Shown here: positions 57,950-64,000 of the stretch, piece after piece | Layout of the letters: each line of letters begins with the position of its first letter | How positions within the stretch are numbered: position 1 is the first letter of the stretch | Source: Candidatus Omnitrophota bacterium | GTDB taxonomy: Bacteria; Omnitrophota; Omnitrophia; Omnitrophales; JACQLI01 | Length of the DNA: 64,000 nucleotides | Assembly (NCBI GenBank): GCA_016179745.1 | Contig: JACPCP010000009.1 | Coordinates: 9,084-73,083, forward strand | Direction: 5' to 3' | Notes under the pieces: model-generated | The model's database searches: none | What the model saw: only the letters and a program-made list of their open reading frames with translations | What the model was told of the DNA's origin: nothing | Program-made: the position numbers and the translations under genes

Positions 57950-58872
57950 GTAGGGCGAAAACCGGAAAGTCAAAAAGATGCCTTTTGATTTTAGGGGGCT
58001 TCATGCTCCTTATTATCCCTTCCGACTCCTTCGCCATTCCCATCAACAATGATTCAGCTCTCACAGCCCATAAAGGGGAGGTCATTTTCAGGGAGCAGAT
58101 CCGTTACACAAGAAAGGCAGATGATCCTTCAGATTTGGACCGAACCTTGGACGTCATTTCCATTCCCAATGTGTTGGTTTATGGCGTGACCGAGAAGTTT
58201 AATGTCATCAGCACATACCCCGTTATTTACAAAGATTTTGATACGAATACCTCAACCGGACGGGCAAGTCGGGATGCTGAGGGTTTTGGGGATTTAACCC
58301 TTCTTGCCAAATACCTTTTTTGGAAGAGGGATCGCCCCCTCGAAACTCTGCGTGCCGATCTTGTAGGCGGCCTTGAATTTCCAACGGGGAATACGAATGA
58401 AGAGGACGGCCTTGGGAAACTCCCTCGCGACCTCCAAGTGGGGAAGGGCTCCTGGAACCCGATCGTTGGGACCGTCTTCACCTGGCAAACTCTGAGACAG
58501 CAAATCGATCTTGCCTTGACTTATCAGTTCAATATCGAAGGCCACGGTTTTGAATTTGGCGATCTTTTCAGGCACGACCTTTCCTACCAGTTCCGAGTCT
58601 GGCCTTGGGAATTGCCAGAAAAAAGAGGTGTCCCCGCCTATCTGAATCTTGTAGGGGAGGCTAATGGCGTGTGGGAGCAAAAGGCCCAATCCAATCGTTC
58701 GCGGATCGATGCTTCCGGCGGCTACACACTTTTTCTTTCCCCCGGCATTCAACTTGTGACGAAACGGTTGATTGCCGAAATTTCCGTCCAGCTTCCTGCA
58801 ATCCAGTTTCTCAACGGGGAGCAGCCGGAGACCGAGTTCATTCTGATAGGGGGCGTTCGATTACAATTCTAA
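57946..58872 (+). CDS. Outer-membrane beta-barrel channel (MetA-pathway/transporter-like OMP)
   Basis: Signal peptide. Alternating amphipathic strands. C-terminal ...GGVRLQF. ATGA coupling to the upstream gene. Confidence 0.6.
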   Translation: MSRAKTGKSKRCLLILGGFMLLIIPSDSFAIPINNDSALTAHKGEVIFREQIRYTRKADDPSDLDRTLDVISIPNVLVYGVTEKFNVISTYPVIYKDFDTNTSTGRASRDAEGFGDLTLLAKYLFWKRDRPLETLRADLVGGLEFPTGNTNEEDGLGKLPRDLQVGKGSWNPIVGTVFTWQTLRQQIDLALTYQFNIEGHGFEFGDLFRHDLSYQFRVWPWELPEKRGVPAYLNLVGEANGVWEQKAQSNRSRIDASGGYTLFLSPGIQLVTKRLIAEISVQLPAIQFLNGEQPETEFILIGGVRLQF

Positions 58873-58886
58873 ACTAATTTTTCCCC

Positions 58887-58918
58887 TTGACTCTGGAGTA
58901 TACTCTAGAGTGTAGACT
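58887..58918 (+). promoter_or_regulatory. MerR-type promoter/operator P2
   Basis: TTGACT, a 20-nt spacer containing the dyad CTGGAGTATACTCTAG, then TAGACT. Nearly identical to P1. Confidence 0.6.
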
Positions 58919-58934
58919 TCCGTGGAGGTTGAAA

Positions 58935-59402
58935 ATGGAAGGGGAACAACAGGGCTTTCAAATCGGCGTGGTTTCGAGGGAGACGACATTCTCCATCGAC
59001 ACGATCCGCTATTACGAGAAGCTTGGGCTCGTGGAAAAGCCCCGCCGGAGCGAAGGGGGATTCAGGCTTTACCCCCAAGAGGCCGTCGAAAAGCTCCGTT
59101 TCATCAAGAGAGCCCAGGCGCTGGGCCTGACCTTGAAGGAGATCAAGGGGATCATGCAGTGCAGCAAGGAGGGCCTCAAGCCCTGCTGTGACCTCGTGCG
59201 AAAGCTTTTCACAAACAAGATTAAGGAGTTCACATCGAAAATCAGGGAATTACAAACGACGAAAAGAGGTCTGGAGGCGCTTCTTTCAGAATGGGTCAGT
59301 CCCAAAGAAGCGAGAAAACGATCCTTTGCGGTCTGCCCCCAGATTGAAAGAGAACCAAAAAGGAACAGGAGGGAAAGACAATGGAACCGATCAGGAAAGT
59401 AA
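58935..59402 (+). CDS. MerR-family metal-responsive transcriptional regulator
   Basis: GGAGG RBS. HTH FQIGVVSRETTFSIDTIRYYEKLGL...GFRLY. Cysteines MQC, KPCC and AVCP flank the dimerisation helix. Confidence 0.85.
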   Translation: MEGEQQGFQIGVVSRETTFSIDTIRYYEKLGLVEKPRRSEGGFRLYPQEAVEKLRFIKRAQALGLTLKEIKGIMQCSKEGLKPCCDLVRKLFTNKIKEFTSKIRELQTTKRGLEALLSEWVSPKEARKRSFAVCPQIEREPKRNRRERQWNRSGK

Positions 59403-59554
59403 CGCTTTGCCCTGCGTGCGGGGCCTGCCCTGAGATTGCGCTCTTTGAGGAAGAAGTTCACATTGGCGAAAAAGGCAATCTCGTCCGGCTCAAGAAGCAG
59501 GAGTGGAATGACCTGGTTCAGAAGATCCGTTCGGGTGAATTGAAGGAGGTCTGA
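59381..59554 (+). CDS. Small cysteine-rich protein (57 aa, below the track cutoff)
   Basis: GGAGGG RBS 8 nt upstream. Translation MEPIRKVTLCPACGACPEIALFEEEVHIGEKGNLVRLKKQEWNDLVQKIRSGELKEV. It overlaps the regulator's end and stops 3 nt before merTP. Confidence 0.4.
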   Translation: MEPIRKVTLCPACGACPEIALFEEEVHIGEKGNLVRLKKQEWNDLVQKIRSGELKEV

Positions 59555-59557
59555 ACC

Positions 59558-60133
59558 GTGAAAGCTAAAGGCCTCGGGATTTTGTCGGCCCTGACGGCGT
59601 CGGTCTGCTGCCTGGGGCCTTTGCTTTTAATCGTCCTTGGTTTGGGAGGCCTGGGTTTGGGGGCGGTCCTTGGAAGGTCTCACTGGTATTTCATCCTTGG
59701 AGCCGCCTTTCTTCTCGCCTTTGCCTGGCGCCGCTACTTCAGGGAAAAGAACTCGTGTGAATCAGCGCACTGTGAAATGGAAGGAAAGAAAATGACACGC
59801 AATGTGCTTTTCTTCGCCACAGCGGTTGTCTTGACCTTTGCCGGCCTCAACCTTTACACCTTTGCGAAAGGGAACGCCGGGGAAAATCTTGTCAAATCAG
59901 GGGCGCAAGTCTCAATCCCCGTCGAGGGGATGAGCTGCTTCACCTGTGAGCTGGCCGTCGAGTCGGCGGTCAAAAAGCTTCCCGGGATTCATCAAGCGAA
60001 GGCCAGCGCTAAAGACAAAATAGCCTGGGTTAACTACAATCCTCAAGAGACATCGCTTGACCAAATTGTGGAAGCCATCAATCAGACAGGCTATCAGGCG
60101 GCCGAGCCCACGCCTCAAGGGGAGCGCCAATGA
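59558..60133 (+). CDS. merTP: MerT-MerP fusion-type mercuric/heavy-metal transport protein
   Basis: N-terminal TM with SVCCLGPLLL. Cys-rich loop CESAHC. C-terminal HMA domain VEGMSCFTCE. Confidence 0.8.
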   Translation: MKAKGLGILSALTASVCCLGPLLLIVLGLGGLGLGAVLGRSHWYFILGAAFLLAFAWRRYFREKNSCESAHCEMEGKKMTRNVLFFATAVVLTFAGLNLYTFAKGNAGENLVKSGAQVSIPVEGMSCFTCELAVESAVKKLPGIHQAKASAKDKIAWVNYNPQETSLDQIVEAINQTGYQAAEPTPQGERQ

Positions 60134-60618
60134 CCGAGTGCTGTGAGCCGAAACGAGGGGCCGGGAAGATTTGCCCTGAGTGCGGCAAGCCGGGAAAGCC
60201 TGTCCAGTGGATGACCCTTGAGAATCTTCTCAACGAGCCTTCCAAGATCGCCGGCGGACCCTACCGGTTTTGCGCCACGGCGGACTGCCCGGTTGTGTAT
60301 TTCAGGGGACAGGTCCTGGCCGAAGAAGGCGAAGGACCTGACCCCTGTCCTTTTCATAAAGACGACCTCAAAGTTCGGGTCGGAATCAAGGAGAAAGAGG
60401 ACCCGGTCCCGCTTTGCTACTGCTTTGGCTGGGACCGCCTCAAGATTTGGGGCGAAATCAAGCGCACGGGCAAATCAACCGCTGTCGAATCGATTACGAA
60501 GAAGGTCAAGGCAGGGGAGTGCTTTTGCGAGCGCTCCAATCCCCAAGGGACCTGCTGCCTCGGCAATATCTCAAAGGCAGTCAAAGAGGCGGTCGAGCGC
60601 TTGGGTAAAGGGAGTTAA
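60130..60618 (+). CDS. Cys-rich putative metallochaperone (CopZ-N-terminal-like zinc-ribbon/[2Fe-2S]-type family)
   Basis: CPECGKPGKPV, YRFCATADCPVVYF, LCYCFGW and GECFCERSNPQGTCCLGN motifs. Confidence 0.6.
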   Translation: MTECCEPKRGAGKICPECGKPGKPVQWMTLENLLNEPSKIAGGPYRFCATADCPVVYFRGQVLAEEGEGPDPCPFHKDDLKVRVGIKEKEDPVPLCYCFGWDRLKIWGEIKRTGKSTAVESITKKVKAGECFCERSNPQGTCCLGNISKAVKEAVERLGKGS

Positions 60619-60715
60619 TCAACCACCCTCATTTTCTTTCCGCTTTTGTCACCCTGCTGACAGTTTTCCAGGCCGGTTCCGGTTAAGCTTCCTTTAGAAA
60701 AAGGAGGAACCGGGA

Positions 60716-61771
60716 TTGAAGACACTGGAACTTTTTACCCACGCAGGATGTCCCTCGAGGAAGAACGGGATTCGATTGATCCGTGAGGCGCTTAAGGGTC
60801 TCGAGGGGGAGGTGTTGTTTCGAGAGGTTGATTTGGGCCGAAGCCCCGAAAGGGCAGAGGCGCTCGGGGTGCGGATGTCTCCTACCATAGTCTTGGACGG
60901 CAAGATCATTTCCGTGGGTCTGCCGACGGCAAAAGGGCTGAAAAGAATTCTTGGAGAAAAGGGGACAGGCAAAAATGGATTGGGCAATTTTGCCTGTCCC
61001 CTTTTTTTGCTTGCTCTGCTTCAGATGAATCCCGTGACGGCAGACGCCGCCGATTTTACCTTTGACGCCTGGAGGCAGGTGTTGGAACAGCACGTGACCG
61101 ACGGAAAGGTCGATTACGCCGCCATCAAAAAATCGCCGGCCGGGCTCGATCAATTCGTGGACAAGGTCCAAGCGGTCTCAGCCAGAGATTATGAAGCGTG
61201 GGACCGGGATCAAAAGATGGCCTTCTGGATCAATGCCTACAACGCCTCAGCCGTAAAACTGGTCGTGGATCATTATCCTTTGAAAAGGCGGATCGGCTTA
61301 AAGGCCCTTGCCTTTCCCTCTGAAAGTATTCAGCAGATCCCCCATGTCTGGAGCCGCAAAGTGATCGAGGCAGCGGGCCGGCGGCTCAGTCTGGATGATA
61401 TCGAAAATAAAATCCTGCGCCGGGACTTCGGAGATCCGAGAATCCATTTTGCCCTGGTCTGCGCTTCCCTGGGATGCCCCGTCTTGCGGAGCGAAGCTTA
61501 CGAGGCGGGGCGGCTTGGTTCCCAACTGGAAGACCAGGCGGAGAAGTTCCTGAGCGATCCAAACAAGTTCCGTTATGAAAAAAAGAGTGATAAGATTCAC
61601 CTCTCACCGATCTTTAAATGGTTTAAGGAAGATTTCAAACAGAGGGGCGGCGTGACGGCATTCATTAAAAATTACCTGCCAAAAGAAATTGCCGGCGCCC
61701 TTTCTTTCCGCACCACTGTCGAATGGCTCGACTACGACTGGCGCCTCAATCAAAAGGAGACCCACCCATGA
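60716..61771 (+). CDS. Thioredoxin-fold domain and DUF547 domain in one reading frame
   Basis: The N-terminal ~80 aa are glutaredoxin/Thioredoxin_3-like with a single Cys (HAGCPSR). A signal-peptide-like stretch follows (FACPLFLLALLQMNPVTADA). Then DUF547 (FDAWRQVL..GKVDY, WINAYNASAVKLVV). Confidence 0.6.
   Translation: MKTLELFTHAGCPSRKNGIRLIREALKGLEGEVLFREVDLGRSPERAEALGVRMSPTIVLDGKIISVGLPTAKGLKRILGEKGTGKNGLGNFACPLFLLALLQMNPVTADAADFTFDAWRQVLEQHVTDGKVDYAAIKKSPAGLDQFVDKVQAVSARDYEAWDRDQKMAFWINAYNASAVKLVVDHYPLKRRIGLKALAFPSESIQQIPHVWSRKVIEAAGRRLSLDDIENKILRRDFGDPRIHFALVCASLGCPVLRSEAYEAGRLGSQLEDQAEKFLSDPNKFRYEKKSDKIHLSPIFKWFKEDFKQRGGVTAFIKNYLPKEIAGALSFRTTVEWLDYDWRLNQKETHP
60961..61008 (+). terminator. 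Canonical intrinsic-terminator structure located inside the 60716-61771 reading frame
   Basis: GGGGACAGGCAAAA (60961-60974), a 13-nt loop, TTTTGCCTGTCCCC (60988-61001), then T7 (61002-61008). Confidence 0.5.
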
Positions 61772-62010
61772 CCTGCAAAGAAGCGGCGGAACTGATCTAC
61801 GCCTTTGCTGAAACCAAACCCTCCACCCGGGCCCAGAAAGAATTCCAGGACCATGTCCGGAAATGCCGTCCCTGCGTTCAGTTTATCCGGAAACTGGGAA
61901 AGCAGACCCAGGCCGGCTTTGACGTCGGCTGCGGGGAAATCCCGGACACCCTGCTTGAGGAATTTTCACAGCTCATGCGAAGCAATTTGGGAGGAATGGA
62001 GGCGACATGA
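61768..62010 (+). CDS. zf-HC2-type (anti-sigma-like) small zinc-finger protein
   Basis: ATGA coupling to the upstream gene. MTCKEAAELIYAF...HVRKCRPC matches the putative zinc-finger of anti-sigma factors. Confidence 0.5.
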   Translation: MTCKEAAELIYAFAETKPSTRAQKEFQDHVRKCRPCVQFIRKLGKQTQAGFDVGCGEIPDTLLEEFSQLMRSNLGGMEAT

Positions 62011-62336
62011 AGGAGGGCGGGGCGATGAAAAAGATAAAACTTTCCACCTGTTTTTGCCGTATTCCCTTTGAAAAACTTTCCGAGCTGGTGCATTTGCGTT
62101 TTATAGTCGGGATGGAGACCGAAGAGATCATGAAACAGCTTCCGTCACGGGAAGACCGGGAACGCCTGGCGGCCGTGGCGCTGCTGGATGTTGACCCGGC
62201 CAATCTTGAAGCGGCGATTGAGACCGAGGATCCTATGCTGGCCAAACATCTTTTTGGGTGCCGGGAAAAGGCGTTGAAGATCTTGAAAGAGCACGGGATT
62301 GAACTTAGGGGATCGAGGAGGGGAGCTGATGGATAA
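62007..62336 (+). CDS. Hypothetical protein, possible sigma-70 region-4-like HTH
   Basis: ATGA coupling to the upstream gene. IPFEKLSELVHLRFIVGMETEEIMKQL resembles a region-4/LuxR-type HTH. Confidence 0.35.
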   Translation: MKEGGAMKKIKLSTCFCRIPFEKLSELVHLRFIVGMETEEIMKQLPSREDRERLAAVALLDVDPANLEAAIETEDPMLAKHLFGCREKALKILKEHGIELRGSRRGADG

Positions 62337-63009
62337 GAAGATAAAATTTGCCGTTCTCGTCGTTGGGCTTGCCGCAGTTTTTGCGATTTTCCGCTGGTCG
62401 CCGGCGGCGGAGTGGCTCACGAAGGAGAACATTCTGGGGTTCCTCGGTATCATTCGAGGCGAGTGGTGGGGCCCGGCTGTTTTTATTTTAATCTACGCCG
62501 TCGGCTGCGTCGTGGCGCTTCCGGGGTCGATCCTGACTTTGGCCGGCGGGGCGGTCTTCGGCACGGCGTGGGGGACCGTCTACAACGTGGTTGCCTCCAA
62601 CCTCGGCGCCACGCTGGCATTTCTCGCAGCCCGCACCCTCGGACGGGATTTCGTCAAGGGGTTCCTCAAAGGAGGGAGGCTGGCCGAGTTTGACGAGGCG
62701 ATCGGCCGCTCCGGTTTCAAAACCATTTTCCGGCTTCGATTGATTCCCGTTGTTCCCTTTAACGGCCTCAATTTCGGGGCCGGTTTTTCAGCCGTTCGGT
62801 ATCGGGATTATCTGACGGGTTCCTTTCTCGGAATGCTCCCGGCGACTTTCATCTACACCTATTTTGCTGACGCCCTTCTTGAGGGTGTCACCGGAGCCGG
62901 TCAAAAGGCCTTTTTGAATCTGGCCCTGGCCGGCGCCCTTCTGGTTCTTGTCTCTTTTCTTCCTTCAATTTACAAAACAATCAAGGAGCGGACGAATGGA
63001 AAAGTTTGA
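62329..63009 (+). CDS. TVP38/TMEM64 (DedA/SNARE-associated) family membrane protein
   Basis: GAGGAGGGG RBS. PGSILTLAGGAVFG...LRLIPVVPFNGLNFGAG motif. Confidence 0.85.
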   Translation: MDKKIKFAVLVVGLAAVFAIFRWSPAAEWLTKENILGFLGIIRGEWWGPAVFILIYAVGCVVALPGSILTLAGGAVFGTAWGTVYNVVASNLGATLAFLAARTLGRDFVKGFLKGGRLAEFDEAIGRSGFKTIFRLRLIPVVPFNGLNFGAGFSAVRYRDYLTGSFLGMLPATFIYTYFADALLEGVTGAGQKAFLNLALAGALLVLVSFLPSIYKTIKERTNGKV

Positions 63010-64000
63010 TCTGGTCATTGTCGGAGGCGGTGTGGCGGGGCTGGTGACAGCGAGCGGCTCGGCCCAGTTTGGGGCGAAGGTGGCTTTGGTGGAAAAGGAG
63101 TCCCTCGGCGGCGACTGCCTTCACTGGGGCTGCGTGCCGACGAAGACGCTGGTCCATTCAGCGAAAGTTGCCTCACTCGTCCGGCGTTCGGAAGAATTTG
63201 GAATCGAAACCTCCGGCGCCCAGGTCAACTTCGAGAAGGTGACAAGCCGAATGCGTTCCGTTCAAGAGAGGATCGGAAGGAACGACGACCCGGAGCGGTT
63301 CCGGAAAATGGGCGTGGAAGTGATCTTCGGGGAAGGGCACTTCCTCGACCCCCGCACCTTTGAAGTCAACGGACGGCAGCTTCGGGCCAAAAAGTTTCTG
63401 ATCGCCACCGGCTCCCGGCCTGTCGTCATCCCAATCCCGGGGCTCAAAGAGTCGGGAGTGTTGACCAACATCACGGCCCTTAAATTGGATTATCTCCCCC
63501 GGTCAATGGCCATTCTCGGCGCTGGGCCGATCGGCCTCGAATTCGCCCAGGTCTTCGCCCGGCTCGGGACCAAAGTCACGGTCATTGAAAAGATGGGACA
63601 GATTCTTCCCCGGGAAGACAAAGAGGCGGCGGACGTCCTCGAAGTGATTCTGAAAGAAGAGGGAATCGAGATTGTCACCTGCATGGAAGTCAAGGAAGTC
63701 AAAAGGGAGGCCGGCGGAAAAAGACTCCTCGCCGCCCAGTGCGAAATCCACGGGAACCTCAATCTGGAAGTGGATGAGGTGATGATTGCAATCGGCCGGG
63801 CGCCGAACGTGGAAGGGCTCAATTTGAATATCGCCGGGGTTGAATTTGACAAAAAAGGAATCAAGGTGGATTCGACTTTGCGGACCACTCAGAAGCATAT
63901 CTTTGCCGCCGGCGACGTCACCGGGCTATACGCTTTTACCCACGTGGCGGAATATCAAGCAGGCATCGTTGTCTCAAACGCCCTTTTTCCTTTGATGAAT
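62996..64000 (+). CDS. Class I pyridine nucleotide-disulfide oxidoreductase, MerA/dihydrolipoamide-dehydrogenase-like (3'-truncated by the window end; not in the ORF track)
   Basis: AAGGAG RBS. My own translation gives MEKFDLVIVGGGVAGLV...GGDCLHWGCVPTK (redox CxxxxC)...ILGAGPIGLEFAQ...IFAAGDVTG. The frame is open to nt 64000. Confidence 0.85.
   Translation, partial: MEKFDLVIVGGGVAGLVTASGSAQFGAKVALVEKESLGGDCLHWGCVPTKTLVHSAKVASLVRRSEEFGIETSGAQVNFEKVTSRMRSVQERIGRNDDPERFRKMGVEVIFGEGHFLDPRTFEVNGRQLRAKKFLIATGSRPVVIPIPGLKESGVLTNITALKLDYLPRSMAILGAGPIGLEFAQVFARLGTKVTVIEKMGQILPREDKEAADVLEVILKEEGIEIVTCMEVKEVKREAGGKRLLAAQCEIHGNLNLEVDEVMIAIGRAPNVEGLNLNIAGVEFDKKGIKVDSTLRTTQKHIFAAGDVTGLYAFTHVAEYQAGIVVSNALFPLMN

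Overview
This is a 64-kb, visibly GC-rich segment of a diderm bacterial chromosome. The taxon cannot be assigned from the sequence alone. Almost all real genes are on the + strand; the only convincing minus-strand genes are gshB and one gene inside an insertion sequence. Most minus-strand and alternative-frame ORFs in the track are high-GC shadow ORFs.

Gene order:
- coaC/coaB
- a glycine-zipper lipoprotein
- tRNA-Cys and tRNA-Leu
- a methyltransferase and a polysaccharide deacetylase
- a 7.4-kb secreted repeat protein, split into two ORFs at a repeat-array scar
- riboflavin operon ribBA-ribH-nusB-ribD-ribE
- a late-step/salvage cobalamin cluster: cobC, cobU, cobT, cbiA, a BtuF-like gene, cobS, cobD, cobQ, cbiB
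- a coiled-coil protein with an L7/L12-CTD-like head, coupled to a DUF151 nuclease
- trxB, a tlpA-like gene and DUF547
- rplU-rpmA-obg-proB-proA-nadD
- two CNNM/CorC genes
- an iron-uptake locus with Fur boxes: secreted protein, FTR1, porin, lipoprotein, membrane protein, fur, FMN-binding protein, apbE
- a ParA-CBM48 fusion with a degenerate MinD-like paralog and an unknown protein
- a recently inserted, intact IS1-family element with two passenger genes
- a truncated dcw cluster: mraZ, a STAS gene, rsmH, ftsL, ftsI
- divergent gshB and gshA
- tRNA-Pro
- a DUF5674 pair, a Crp/Fnr regulator and a membrane spermidine-synthase-like protein
- a more AT-rich mer-like heavy-metal island driven by two near-identical MerR-type promoters, running off the window end in a MerA-like oxidoreductase

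No rRNA genes, CRISPR arrays or riboswitches were recognised.

The most interesting candidates are:
- the ParA-CBM48 three-gene module
- the Fur/FTR1/flavinylation iron locus
- the non-canonical mer-like island
- the broken giant repeat protein
- a palindromic element read through as the 5' end of ribH
- a canonical terminator hairpin lying inside an open reading frame
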